Assembly: GCA_044229975.1 (NCBI GenBank)
Contig: JBGARZ010000001.1
Coordinates: 672,001 to 736,000, forward strand
Source: Polyangiales bacterium
GTDB lineage: Bacteria > Myxococcota_A > Polyangia > Polyangiales > Ga0077539
Direction of reading: 5' to 3'
Length of the DNA: 64,000 bases
Position numbers and translations under genes: made by a program. Of this stretch, positions 22,030 to 34,602 are shown piece after piece (positions within the stretch are counted from its first letter, which is position 1; the number at the start of each line of letters is the position of its first letter). Below the pieces are notes generated by a model. The model saw only the letters and a list, made by a program, of their open reading frames with translations. It was not told the origin of the DNA and did no database searches.

Positions 22030-22932
22030 ATGCGAGTCGGCGTGATCGGTGCGACGGGCTTCGTGGGCAAGGCGCTGACGGCGGCCCTCGTGGCCCGCGG
22101 CGACGAGGTGGTGGCCTTCGGGCGCGAGGCCGGGCGCGTGCGCGCAGCCCTGCCCGCGGCGAAGGAGGCGTGGTCGCTCGACGAGCTCTCGGGGCCTCGG
22201 GTCGCGAGCCTCGATGCGGTCGTCAACCTGGCGGGCGAGTCGGTCGCCGCGAAGCGCTGGAGCCCCGCCCAGAAGGCCGCGATCCGTGACAGCCGGGTGC
22301 GCACCACGCGCAAGGTGGTCGACGCCATTGCCGCCGGCGACAAGCGACCGCGGGTGCTCGTCAACGCCTCGGCGGTGGGCTTCTACGGGCCGCACGGCGA
22401 CGAGGAGGTCACCGAGGCGACGCCCGCGGGCCAGGACTTCCTGGCGGGCGTGTGCCGCGACTGGGAGGCCGAGGCGCTGCGGGTCGTCGCGCTCGGCGTG
22501 CGCGAGGTGCGGCTGCGTACGGGGCTCGTGCTCGGCGACGCGGGCGGTCCGCTCGAACAGATGATGCTGCCCTTCAAGATGTTTGTCGGAGGAGCGGTGG
22601 GCGACGGGCGACAGTGGTTTCCGTGGGTGCACCTCGCCGACGTCGTGGGCGCCATCCTCTGGGCCATCGACCACGAGACCCTGTCGGGACCGGTCAACGT
22701 CACGGCCCCGAAGCCGGTGCGCTACGGGGAGTTTGCGGCGGCGCTGGGTCAGCGGCTCCGGCGGCCGTCGTGGGTGACGGTGCCGGAGTTCGCGCTGCGC
22801 CTGGCGGTGGGTGAGATGGCGGAGGTGCTGGTGACGGGGCAGCGCGCCGTGCCGACGGCGCTGCAAGCGGACGGTTACGTGTTCAGGTATGCCCGCGTGG
22901 AAGACGCGCTCGCGGACGTCGTCAGGACGTGA
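22030..22932 (+). CDS. TIGR01777 family NAD-dependent epimerase/oxidoreductase
   Basis: GATGFVG, VNLAGE, SAVGFYG, CRDWE, WVHLAD. Confidence 0.92.
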   Translation: MRVGVIGATGFVGKALTAALVARGDEVVAFGREAGRVRAALPAAKEAWSLDELSGPRVASLDAVVNLAGESVAAKRWSPAQKAAIRDSRVRTTRKVVDAIAAGDKRPRVLVNASAVGFYGPHGDEEVTEATPAGQDFLAGVCRDWEAEALRVVALGVREVRLRTGLVLGDAGGPLEQMMLPFKMFVGGAVGDGRQWFPWVHLADVVGAILWAIDHETLSGPVNVTAPKPVRYGEFAAALGQRLRRPSWVTVPEFALRLAVGEMAEVLVTGQRAVPTALQADGYVFRYARVEDALADVVRT

Positions 22933-23332
22933 CGCGGGGCGAGCGGCTCCAGCCGTAGAACACCGGCAGGCGCACCGAGGCCCACGAGCGCCCCGTGTCG
23001 AGCGCCTCCCAGTCCTTCTTCAAGCGCTCCTCCAGCACGGCGTCCCACGCGATGTGGTCGTGGTAGTCGGGCGAGAGCGCGGCGCCGTAGCCGTAGCGCA
23101 CGGCGGCTTCGTCCGACCACTCGACCGGGTTGGCGACGTGCTTCGGCGGAATGGGGTCGGCGCCCGCGGCCTGGCGAACGGTGTCGGTGAGGTCCTGGTT
23201 GAGGTCCTGGCCGTACTCCATGCCGAAGTCGTGGCGGGTCTGATCCCAGTCGCGGCGGAGTGCTTCCTTCACGCGGTCCCAGGTGTCGGTCTGTTGCGCG
23301 GTCCACCAGGCGGGTTGTTGAGCTGCGTTCAT
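22922..23332 (-). CDS. Hypothetical protein (WDRVKEAL / YGYGAA motifs)
   Basis: GAGGAGG RBS, protein-like composition, follows the regulator on the same strand. Confidence 0.65.
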   Translation of the reverse strand: MNAAQQPAWWTAQQTDTWDRVKEALRRDWDQTRHDFGMEYGQDLNQDLTDTVRQAAGADPIPPKHVANPVEWSDEAAVRYGYGAALSPDYHDHIAWDAVLEERLKKDWEALDTGRSWASVRLPVFYGWSRSPRVTS

Positions 23333-23345
23333 ATCAGCGACCTCC

Positions 23346-24766
<1,421 letters not shown>

Positions 24767-24770
<4 letters not shown>

Positions 24771-25702
24771 GGGGTCGCCCCGGCCGCGACGAGCGGCTTC
24801 TCGATGAGCTCGACGACCTCCGCGGTGCGCTCGAACTGGGGCATGCCCAGCGTCGGCGCCACGCGATGGGCCGAGATGAGTGGGTTGGCCTGCGTGAGCG
24901 CGTCGAGGCGGTCGAAGCTGCTGTACGCGTCGCGGTCGTAGACCACCCGCGTCGGCACCTTCAGCGGCGAGTAGAGCGAGCCGAAGGCGTCGGCGTCGAA
25001 GAGGTCACCGCGCACGAAGGCGACGGGCGCGTGCTGGGCCTCGGGCACGGCCGCGGTCTGGAGCGCGTAGCGGACGAGGCCCTCGTCGGGGCGACCGACG
25101 AAGGACTTCGCGAGGAAGTACCGGATGGACCCTTCGGTGTGGAGCAGGCGGAAGATCCCGGAGGCGACGGGGCCGACGCCGAGCGCGCCGCAGAAGATGC
25201 CGCGGGCCGCGCCGCCCGAAGCGCGCGGTTTGCCGAGGCCCGTCGGCGAGAGGAGCGTCAGCGCGCGGAAGAGCGCGGGCGAGCGGTTGGCGGCGAGGGC
25301 GGCGAACTCCGACGAGAGGGAGAGCGCGACGAGGTCGACGGGCTGACCCTGCGGGCTGGCGACGTCGATGATGAAGCGCTCGATGGCCTCGGCGTAGAGG
25401 GCCGGGGTGTACGCGCGGGCGCCGCGCTGGGAGCGGCCGAAGCCGGGGAGATCAAGCGCGAAGACGCGGCGCCGCCCGCGGAGCGCCTCGAAGAGCGGGC
25501 GCATCTCATAGGACGAGGCGGCGGCGTTGATCGAGTGCAGGAGCACCACGGCCGGGCCCTCACCCGTGGTGTCCTGGTAGTAGCCGAGGGTTCCGACGCC
25601 GCGGACGGCGAGCGAGCCGGTGTCGGCGCCGATGGCGGCGGGAAGACCAGGGGCCGCAGCGCCGTGCTGGGGACCCGCGAAGACCGAAGCGGTGTTTTGC
25701 AT
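24767..25702 (-). CDS. Alpha/beta hydrolase fold protein
   Basis: LLHSINA, DLPGFGRS, VALSLS elbow; ATG 25702; ATGA overlap with the regulator. Confidence 0.8.
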
Positions 25703-25716
25703 GGGAGGGCTGCATC

Positions 25717-25731
25717 GCACCGACCGTGCCG
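25717..25731 (-). promoter_or_regulatory. Putative sigma54 promoter CGGCACG-N4-GTGC
   Basis: GG-N10-GC spacing, 14 nt upstream of the hydrolase ATG; the operon encodes a sigma54 activator. Confidence 0.5.
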
Positions 25732-25823
25732 AAGCCGCGAAGGTCGGGAGATGCGTCGTTCGCGGGAATTCAAGGCAATCGAGGCCCCGTGGCGGGCCGC
25801 CACACCTGGGGTGCGATGGCCGT

Positions 25824-26999
25824 TCAGGGTGCGCGTTGGAGGGTTCCGCCGGGCGCAATGCGGAGGGTTCGACCGCGCCAGCGCACCGAGCGGGTGGAGA
25901 GCGCCTTCGCCCACGCCATCCCGAGCAGCAGGTCCGCGAAGACCGCGTCGATGACCCACGCGACCACTCCACTCGATCGACCCGACGCACGCGCCGCGGC
26001 CCAGGCCACCGCCAGCCGGGCGAGCACCGCGGCTCCTTCGGCCGCGAGTGACGCTCCGCCGCCGAGGCCCGCGGTCACCGCGAGCGTCGAGAGGAGCACC
26101 AGCAGCGGCGTCGCGAAGAACAACGCCGGGTAGCTCACCAGCAGCGCCGGTCGCTGCGCGCGGATCACCGTCAGCCAACGCCCGTAGCGGGCCACCACCG
26201 CCCGCAGGTCGCGCCCCGAAGCCCGCGACAGCGCCACCCCGGTCGAGGCCCTGACGGAGGCTCCGGAGGCCACCAAACGGCGGGCGAGCTCGGCGTCTTC
26301 CCCGAGGTGTTCGCGCAGTGCAGCGAAGCCCCCGACGGCGTCCAGTGCGCTTCGTCGCAGGGCCACGACCTTGCCCACCATCCCATCGCGATCGATACCC
26401 GCGAGCAGCGCGAACGCGTGCAGCGACCCGCCCAGCAGCGCCTCGGACGCGCGGTCGGCGACGGTCTCGCCGGGGGCCTCGGAGGGAGGCGCCCACACCG
26501 CGGCGAGGCGTGGGTTGGAGAGCGGGGCGAGGAGAGCGTTCCAGTCGAAGGCGGTGAGGTCGACGTCGCTGTCGACGTTGACCACCACCGGGGCGTCGGG
26601 CTCGGCGGCGATGACCCGCGCGAGTTGCTCGCTCTTCTGGTTGGGCGCGGTCGCGTCGGTGACCACCATCCGGGCGTCGACGCCGCGAGCGAGGAGACCC
26701 TCGACGGCCGCGGTGATCGCGGGCACCGCGGGGTCATCGGTGGTGGCGACGGCGAAGCGCACGCGGACGAGCGCGCGGTGGGCAGGATCGTCAACGAGGG
26801 CGCCGAGGCCCGCGAGGTTGCGGGCGAGCGAGGGCTCCGAACCGGCGCAGGGGCGCACCACGAGGAGGGCAGCGGTGAGAGCAGGGGCGACAGAGGTGGG
26901 CGACGGGCGCGGGCGGCGGAGCGAGCGTCGGACTGCGACGAGGGAGACGACGGAGACGACGGCGCTCCAGGCAAGCAGGGCGGCGTCGACCGGGGTCAC
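25824..26999 (-). CDS. GT2/GT21 glycosyltransferase (ceramide glucosyltransferase-like), likely carotenoid glycosyltransferase
   Basis: RPCAGSEP, PNQK, DSDV, GEDAEL, RYGRW motifs; GTGA overlap with crtC. Confidence 0.75.
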   Translation of the reverse strand: MTPVDAALLAWSAVVSVVSLVAVRRSLRRPRPSPTSVAPALTAALLVVRPCAGSEPSLARNLAGLGALVDDPAHRALVRVRFAVATTDDPAVPAITAAVEGLLARGVDARMVVTDATAPNQKSEQLARVIAAEPDAPVVVNVDSDVDLTAFDWNALLAPLSNPRLAAVWAPPSEAPGETVADRASEALLGGSLHAFALLAGIDRDGMVGKVVALRRSALDAVGGFAALREHLGEDAELARRLVASGASVRASTGVALSRASGRDLRAVVARYGRWLTVIRAQRPALLVSYPALFFATPLLVLLSTLAVTAGLGGGASLAAEGAAVLARLAVAWAAARASGRSSGVVAWVIDAVFADLLLGMAWAKALSTRSVRWRGRTLRIAPGGTLQRAP

Positions 27000-28036
27000 G
27001 CGCCGCGTCGCATGCGAAACGGAATCAGGAAGCGCACCCACGACGAGGCGAAGCGATCGAGGTCGACGCTCTCGTGGACGGCCTTCACGCGGGTCTTGAG
27101 CAGCTCGGTGGAGAGCACGCTGCGAGCATAGAACGGCGCGTCCTCCAGCGTGCGGTGCACCGTCACGTCGGCGCCACGATCGGCCCGCGTGTCGCGGCGG
27201 ACGCCCCAGCGCGAGCGGGGCAGCGAGACCTCGCGGGCGACCTCGATGAGGTCTTCGGTTCCGTCGGGGCGGTAGCGGCGGGCCATCCGCTCGCGGGTGC
27301 GCCGACCATCGCGCATCGTGGCGTCGTAGAGAACGACAGGGCTGCCATCGACGTCGGCGCGCGACCAGTCCCAGCCGTGGAAGGTGTCCTCCAACGGACC
27401 ATCGCCCGCGTTGGCGTCGTGGTAGCCCGTGCCCGACCAGCGCAGCGCGGGTTCGGTGAGCTCGACCTCGACACGCGCCAGCGGAGCGACGGCCCACCAC
27501 AGGTGACGGCCCTTGCCATCGAGCGCGTGGGGTCGGCCGTGAACCACCTGCGGGATGAGACGGATCTTGCCCACGATGCGGCCGGGGATGGGCGACGGAA
27601 AGGGCGAGGTGCTCTCGCAGAGGTCGACGTGAAGCTCACCGCGCTCCCAGCGGAGGTTGCTCGCGCCGATGGAGAGCTGCGACGACGTGCGGTGGACGTC
27701 CTTCGCGCCGCGCTCGGTGAGCGCCCAGGTCGAGGCGCGCGGGCCGTAGAGGGCGACGTTCATCGTGCAGTGCGACAGCGGGTTGGCGCGCGGGCCGCCG
27801 TCGCGGGCGATGCCACGCGCCCGGGCGTACCAGGGCGAGAACACGTTGCCCACCATGCCGATGAGGGTGACGCCGTGCTGGCCGTCGTCGCTCAGCGCGT
27901 CGAGGTACCACCACGCGTAGCCGCCATCGGGGACGGCGCGGTCGAAGCGAGGTCCGAGAGCACGCTCTCCGCTGCCAGCAGGCCGCTCCTCGTGACCATC
28001 GGAACCCCTGCCCCCGGGTGCGTGCTCCCCCCGCAC
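26996..28036 (-). CDS. crtC: Carotenoid 1,2-hydratase (hydroxyneurosporene synthase)
   Basis: GGYAWWYLDALSDDG, GNVFSPWY, NVALYG, LEDAPFYARS, HESVDLDRF, PFRMRR; start uncertain, lies inside crtD. Confidence 0.88.
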   Translation of the reverse strand: MRGEHAPGGRGSDGHEERPAGSGERALGPRFDRAVPDGGYAWWYLDALSDDGQHGVTLIGMVGNVFSPWYARARGIARDGGPRANPLSHCTMNVALYGPRASTWALTERGAKDVHRTSSQLSIGASNLRWERGELHVDLCESTSPFPSPIPGRIVGKIRLIPQVVHGRPHALDGKGRHLWWAVAPLARVEVELTEPALRWSGTGYHDANAGDGPLEDTFHGWDWSRADVDGSPVVLYDATMRDGRRTRERMARRYRPDGTEDLIEVAREVSLPRSRWGVRRDTRADRGADVTVHRTLEDAPFYARSVLSTELLKTRVKAVHESVDLDRFASSWVRFLIPFRMRRGA

Positions 28037-29460
28037 AGGTAGAGCCCCGGCACCTTCGAGCGCGACGGCGCGCGGGCGAGCGGGGACGTCCACCCGTGCG
28101 ACGGCGGGCCGTACAGCGCGCCCTCCGTCGACGGGAACCTCCGCGCGAAATCCGTGGGCGTGGTGATCACGCGCCGGGAGGAGTCCCAGTCCAGGCGCAG
28201 CCCCATGGAGTCCAAAGTTCGTCGGGTCGTGGTCTCGCATCGATCGATCTCCTCCGCGGAGAACGGGCGTCGGTCTCCGCGGGCGGGGGCGTTGACGATC
28301 AGGAACATCCGCTCCCTCCCGTCATCGGTGGCAGGAGCGAGGGCCGCGTCGTCGCGGTCCTGCGCGCAGAGGTAGACGGTCGGATCGGAGGGGAGCGTGT
28401 CCCCGTCGGTGAGGTCGCGAAACTCGCGGTGGTAGTCGCGGCTGAAGAAGACGTTGTGCCGCGCGAGGGGGAAGCCCTCGGCCTTTGCCACCACGCTGAA
28501 GGTTACCGCCGACAACGAGCGCTCGACCTTCGCGTCGACGGTCCACGCCTTCTTTGCGGCCGTCCCGAGGCGCCCGCTCGCCAACGCATGGACGTCTCCA
28601 TTGAACACCACCGCGTCGGCGTCGAGGGTCGTCCCGTCTTCGAGACGAACGCCCGTGGCGCGATCGCGCTCGATGAGCACCTCGTCGACGCCGCGGCCGA
28701 GCGAGAGGGTCACGCCGCGCTCGGTCGCGAGGCGGGCCATCGCTTCGGCGAGGCGGGCCATGCCACCACGAACGACCCAGACGCCTTCGCGCTCGACGTG
28801 GGCGATGACGTTGAGGGTTCCGGGGGCGAGGAAGGGCGACGAGCCGCAATAGGTCGCGTAGCGCCCGAAGAGCTGGAGCAAGCGCGGGTCGCGGAAGAAG
28901 TCACCGAGCGACGACCACATGGTCTTGAGCGCGTCGATGCGCGTGAGGGCGACCATCCCCCGCAGCCCCTGCTCTCGCAGAACGCTCCCGAGCGTCGGGC
29001 GCTGCGAGCGCATGAAGGGGCCCTCGACGTTTTCGTGGATGGCCTTCGAGTGCGCGCAAAACGCCCGGTACCCTTTGGCCTCCTTCGCCCCGGCGAAGAC
29101 CCCGATGGCGTCGGCGGTGCGGTCGATGTCGCGGTAGAGGTCGAGGCGCGACCCGTCGGGCCAGGCGTGGCGGGCGAGCACCTCCACCGGGTCGAGCGTC
29201 ACGTAGTCGGAGAGCGAGGCGCCCGCGCTGGCGAAGAGCTCCTCGAAGACGGCGCGCACCGTGAGCACCGTGGGGCCCGAGTCGATGAGCCGACCGGCGA
29301 CCTCGACCTCGCGCATCTTGCCGCCGACGTTCGGTGCCCGATCAACCACGGTCACCGCGACGCCGCGGCCCGCGAGGGCGATCGCTGCGCTGAGTCCCCC
29401 GACGCCGGCGCCGACGACGATCGCGCGGTGGGAGTGCCTGGTGGTTCCGTCTGCCATCAT
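27892..29460 (-). CDS. crtD: 1-hydroxycarotenoid 3,4-desaturase (phytoene desaturase family)
   Basis: GAGVGG, DSGPTVLT, GRYATYCGSSP, HNVFFS, HPGAGVPM; adjacent to crtC. Confidence 0.88.
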   Translation of the reverse strand: MMADGTTRHSHRAIVVGAGVGGLSAAIALAGRGVAVTVVDRAPNVGGKMREVEVAGRLIDSGPTVLTVRAVFEELFASAGASLSDYVTLDPVEVLARHAWPDGSRLDLYRDIDRTADAIGVFAGAKEAKGYRAFCAHSKAIHENVEGPFMRSQRPTLGSVLREQGLRGMVALTRIDALKTMWSSLGDFFRDPRLLQLFGRYATYCGSSPFLAPGTLNVIAHVEREGVWVVRGGMARLAEAMARLATERGVTLSLGRGVDEVLIERDRATGVRLEDGTTLDADAVVFNGDVHALASGRLGTAAKKAWTVDAKVERSLSAVTFSVVAKAEGFPLARHNVFFSRDYHREFRDLTDGDTLPSDPTVYLCAQDRDDAALAPATDDGRERMFLIVNAPARGDRRPFSAEEIDRCETTTRRTLDSMGLRLDWDSSRRVITTPTDFARRFPSTEGALYGPPSHGWTSPLARAPSRSKVPGLYLCGGSTHPGAGVPMVTRSGLLAAESVLSDLASTAPSPMAATRGGTSTR

Positions 29461-29503
29461 GCGGTGTGATGCCTCATGAGAGCGTTTGGGCGCACCAACA
29501 ACG

Positions 29504-31135
29504 TCACTGCCCCCTCGCGACCTCCCAGGTCAGCTTGTAGCGCGCGAGGTATTTCCGTAGGCGATCAGCGTCGTTGACCGAGGTCTTGCCGGTGCGCGAG
29601 ACCGCGAAGAGAGCGCGACCCGCGGCCGAGAGTGTCGGCGAGGCCCGACAGACGCGGATCACCTCCGCGAGCTGCGGGCGGTCGAAGCGGTCGAGCGACG
29701 CGGCGCCATCGTCCCCGAGCGCCGAGCGCAGGAGGTCGTCGTCGGCCGATGGTTCGGTGGGCGAACGACCGCCTGCGATGCGCCAGCGGGCGCGGAGGCG
29801 AGCGACCTCCTCGTCGACGCCATCGACGTCGATGCGGCCGCCGCGAGACAGCGTCGCGAGGCGCGTGACGGCGGCCGAGAAGTCGCGGAAGTTTCCGGTC
29901 CAGAGAGCGTCGGCAGAGGTGGCGAAGGCGACGAAGCGGGCGCGGGCCTCGCGGCTCATGGTGACGTTGACGCCCAACGCGCGGCCGCACTGGGCGAGCT
30001 CGAAGTCGAGGTTGGGGTCGATGTCCTCGGGACGATCACGCAGGCCGGGGAGCGCGAAGGTCCACAGCTCGATGCGCGCGAGCAGGTCTTCGCGGAAGCG
30101 GCCCTCGGCGACGCGGGCGACGAGGTCGCGGTGGGTTCCGGCGATGAGCTGGAAGTCGCTCTTCACCTCGCGGTCGCTGCCCATGGGGCGGAAGCTCTTC
30201 TCCTCGACCGCGCGCAGGAGCATCGCCTGCTCGTCGAGACCGAGCTCGGCGATCTCGTCGAGGAAGAGCACGCCGCCGTCGGCCTTGCGGAGGAGGCCCT
30301 CGCGCTCGGACGCCGCGCCGGTGAAGGCGCCCTTGGCGTGGCCGAAGAGCGTCGACATCGCGCCGTCGCCCCGCAGCGTCGCGCAGTTGACCTCGACAAA
30401 CTCCCCGGCGACCTGCCGCCTGGTCTTCTTGAGTGCGTAGATGCGGCCTGCGAGCTGGGACTTCCCGGCGCCCGTCGGGCCGGTGAGCAGCATCGGGGCG
30501 CGCGAGGCGACGGCCACGCGCTCGATGCGGTCGATGAGCGTGTTGAAGGCGGCGTTGCGGGTGTCGATGCCGGCCTTGAGGAGCCCGGTGCGGGCGCGGG
30601 CCTCGGCGGCGAAGCGCGACGCGAGGCGGTCGTAGCGGGAGAGGTCGAGGTCGATGGCGCGCCAGGTTCCGACGAGGCCGGCGTCGCGGGTGGCGCGGGT
30701 GGGGGGCGCGGTCTGGAGCAGGGTCGCCGGGAAGTGTCGCGACTCGGTGAGCAGGAAGAGAACGATCTGCGCGACGTGCGTGCCCGTCGTGATGTGAACG
30801 AGGTAATCCTCGCGCTCGGGGTCGAAGGGGTAGGCGCGCGCGAAGTCATGGAGGGCGGCGTAGACCTGTTCGAGGTCCCACGGGTCGGCGATGTCGAGGG
30901 GGACGAGGTTGACCGCCGTCTCGGGGGAGACGGAGCCGATGTCGCGGCGGATGGTCTTGGCGAGGTTGAGGTAGTGCGGCTGGTGCAGGAGCTCGAAGCG
31001 CGAGACCAGCAGGTCGGGGTGCTGACAGACGGCGACGGAGGGGCGCCAGCGCTCCCAGCGCTTGTCCTGGGCGCCCGAGTCGAGCATCGGGCCGATCAGA
31101 CCGAGGACCACGGTGGGCTTCTTCGTCTTCGCCAT
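29504..31135 (-). CDS. rtcR: RNA repair sigma54 activator RtcR (CARF-like + AAA+ + HTH)
   Basis: RWERWRPSV, DPWD, HITTGTHVAQI, GPTGAGKS, GAFTGA, NDADRLRKYL; divergent from rtcBA. Confidence 0.96.
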   Translation of the reverse strand: MAKTKKPTVVLGLIGPMLDSGAQDKRWERWRPSVAVCQHPDLLVSRFELLHQPHYLNLAKTIRRDIGSVSPETAVNLVPLDIADPWDLEQVYAALHDFARAYPFDPEREDYLVHITTGTHVAQIVLFLLTESRHFPATLLQTAPPTRATRDAGLVGTWRAIDLDLSRYDRLASRFAAEARARTGLLKAGIDTRNAAFNTLIDRIERVAVASRAPMLLTGPTGAGKSQLAGRIYALKKTRRQVAGEFVEVNCATLRGDGAMSTLFGHAKGAFTGAASEREGLLRKADGGVLFLDEIAELGLDEQAMLLRAVEEKSFRPMGSDREVKSDFQLIAGTHRDLVARVAEGRFREDLLARIELWTFALPGLRDRPEDIDPNLDFELAQCGRALGVNVTMSREARARFVAFATSADALWTGNFRDFSAAVTRLATLSRGGRIDVDGVDEEVARLRARWRIAGGRSPTEPSADDDLLRSALGDDGAASLDRFDRPQLAEVIRVCRASPTLSAAGRALFAVSRTGKTSVNDADRLRKYLARYKLTWEVARGQ

Positions 31136-31218
31136 TGGGATAGGGCGGCTTGATACCATGGGATCAGACCGGGACGCTCGCGCGGCTCGATGGGCGGGAA
31201 GCATAGAGATTCGAGAGG

Positions 31219-31233
31219 TGGCACGAGGGCTGC
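31219..31233 (+). promoter_or_regulatory. Sigma54 promoter of rtcBA (TGGCACG-N4-CTGC)
   Basis: Canonical -24/-12 spacing, followed by AGGAGG RBS and the rtcB ATG. Confidence 0.85.
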
Positions 31234-31263
31234 GATGGGGGTTGCCCAGGAGGCACACGAGCC

Positions 31264-32493
<1,230 letters not shown>

Positions 32494-32499
32494 AGGGCC

Positions 32500-33537
32500 A
32501 TGAACGACTGGATCACGGTGGACGGGTCGGAGGGTGAGGGCGGCGGGCAGATGCTGCGCTCGTCGCTCTCGCTCTCGCTCGTCACGGGCAAAGCCTTCCG
32601 CATGGTGCGGGTGCGCGCGGGTCGGCAGAAGCCGGGGCTGCTTCGGCAGCACCTGACCTGCCTGCGCGCGGCGGCAGAGGTGAGCGGCGCGACCATCGAA
32701 GGGGCCGAGCTCGGCTCGCAGTCGGTGAGCTTCGCGCCGGGCCCGGTGCGCGGCGGCGACTACGCGTTTCGCATCGGGTCGGCGGGCAGCACCATGCTGG
32801 TGATGCAGACGGTGTTGCCCGCGCTGCTGCGCGGGGTGGCGCCGTCGACGCTGCTCTTCGAGGGCGGGACGCACAACACCATGGCGCCGTCGTTCGACTT
32901 CATCGAGCGGGTGTTCGTCCCGGCGGTCAACCGCATGGGGCCGACGGTGACGTGCGCGCTGGCGCGGGCGGGTTTCTACCCGGCGGGGGGTGGGCGAGCG
33001 ACGGTGACGGTGACGCCGTCGGCGTCGCTGGCGCGCATCGAGCTGATGGAGCGCGGCGCGGTGGTGTCCCAGCGCGTGGTGGCGCGCGTCGCGGGCCTGG
33101 GCGACGGCATCGCGCGGCGCGAGGTGCTGGCGGCGGGCGAGGTGCTCGGCTGGGGCGAGGAGTGCCTGCGGGCGGAAGCGCTTCCGAGGGAGTGGGGGCC
33201 GGGCAACGTGGTGCTGGTGGAGGTGGTCTGCGAGCGCGGGACGGAGGTGTTCATGGCGTGCGGCGAGAAGGGTCGCAGCGCCGAGAGCGTGGGCGCCGCC
33301 GTGGCAAAGGAGGCGAAGGCGTGGCTCGACGCCGGGGTGCCCGTAGACGAACACCTCGCGGACCAGTTGTTGTTGCCGATGGCGCTGGCCGGCGGCGGGC
33401 GCTTCATGACGACGGAGCCGTCGCTGCACACGACGACCAACGCGAAGATCATCGAGCGCTTTCTGCCGGTGACGGTCACCATGGAGGCGCGCGGCGAGCG
33501 GGCGTGGGAGGTCCGCGTCGAGGGGCCGCGGGGGTGA
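32500..33537 (+). CDS. rtcA: RNA 3'-terminal phosphate cyclase
   Basis: GEGGGQMLRS, PGLLRQH, GGTHN, GFYPAGGG, HLADQL, SLHTTTN. Confidence 0.97.
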   Translation: MNDWITVDGSEGEGGGQMLRSSLSLSLVTGKAFRMVRVRAGRQKPGLLRQHLTCLRAAAEVSGATIEGAELGSQSVSFAPGPVRGGDYAFRIGSAGSTMLVMQTVLPALLRGVAPSTLLFEGGTHNTMAPSFDFIERVFVPAVNRMGPTVTCALARAGFYPAGGGRATVTVTPSASLARIELMERGAVVSQRVVARVAGLGDGIARREVLAAGEVLGWGEECLRAEALPREWGPGNVVLVEVVCERGTEVFMACGEKGRSAESVGAAVAKEAKAWLDAGVPVDEHLADQLLLPMALAGGGRFMTTEPSLHTTTNAKIIERFLPVTVTMEARGERAWEVRVEGPRG

Positions 33538-33589
33538 TCTTCGTGGCGCGGCGCCTCACGCCGACCCGGCAGGTCAGCCGCCGCGATAC

Positions 33590-33625
33590 AGTCTCCTTCA
33601 ACCCGTTACCCCGTTGAAGGAGACT
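33590..33625 (+). promoter_or_regulatory. Perfect 13-bp hairpin covering the Shine-Dalgarno of the next gene
   Basis: AGTCTCCTTCAAC-N10-GTTGAAGGAGACT; AAGGAG lies in the 3' arm. Confidence 0.6.
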
Positions 33626-33633
33626 CCCCACCC

Positions 33634-34560
33634 ATGGCCCGCATCCGCACGCCCCTCGCCGAGCGCCTCGGCCTCCGCTACCCCATCGTCTGCGCGCCGA
33701 TGTTCATCATCTCCAACAAGGAGATGATCGTCGCCGCGGCCGAGGCCGGCATCCTCGGCTCGATGCCGTCCATCAACCTCCGCTCCCACGAGGAGTTTCG
33801 CGCGGCCCTCGCCTGGATCCGGCAGCGCACCGACCGGCCCTTCGCCATCAACCTCACCATCAAGCTCACCGACCCCGAGCGCCTCGAACGCGACTTCGCG
33901 GCCTGCATGGAGTTCAAGGTCCCCGCGATCATCACGAGCTACGGCAACCCCACCGAGCTCGCCCGCCGCGCCCACGACCAGGGCGCCGTCGTGCTCCATG
34001 ACGTCATCCATCTGAAGCACGCGCTCAAGGCCCAGGAGGCCGGCGCCGACGCCATCATCGGCGTCGCCGCGGGCGCCGGTGGACACGCGGGCACCACGAG
34101 TCCGTACGTTCTCTTCCCCTACCTCCGCGAAAACCTCCGCGTGCCCGTCGTCGCCGCGGGGTGCATCGCCACGGGCCGCCAGCTCGCCGCCTCCCTCAGC
34201 CTCGGCGCCGAGCTCGCGTACATGGGAACGCGCTTCATCGCCTCGACCGAATGCGGCGCCGACGAGCGGTACAAGGCAATGACCATCAACGGCGCGCCCG
34301 ACGACGTCGAGTACACCGACGGCGTCAGCGGGGTGCACGCCAACTTCCTCCGCAGCACCCTCCCCGGCGGCGCCGCGTCCAGCCGCGCCGAGGCCCAGAG
34401 CGCCGCGCAGAAGGACGGCGGCAAGAAGTGGAAGGACATCTGGAGCGCCGGACAGGGCGTCGCCCTCGCGCGCGAGATCAAGCCCATCGGGGCGATCGTC
34501 GAGGACATCGTCCGCGAGTATCACGACACCATCCGCGCGCTCCCCGCCGTCGAGGACTGA
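33634..34560 (+). CDS. Nitronate monooxygenase / FabK-like flavin oxidoreductase
   Basis: PIVCAPMF, GAGGHAG, AAGCI, YMGTRFI, DIWSAGQG. Confidence 0.88.
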   Translation: MARIRTPLAERLGLRYPIVCAPMFIISNKEMIVAAAEAGILGSMPSINLRSHEEFRAALAWIRQRTDRPFAINLTIKLTDPERLERDFAACMEFKVPAIITSYGNPTELARRAHDQGAVVLHDVIHLKHALKAQEAGADAIIGVAAGAGGHAGTTSPYVLFPYLRENLRVPVVAAGCIATGRQLAASLSLGAELAYMGTRFIASTECGADERYKAMTINGAPDDVEYTDGVSGVHANFLRSTLPGGAASSRAEAQSAAQKDGGKKWKDIWSAGQGVALAREIKPIGAIVEDIVREYHDTIRALPAVED

Positions 34561-34602
34561 CCACTACCCGTCCCACCACCCGAGCTCCATACGAGGCACG
34601 CG

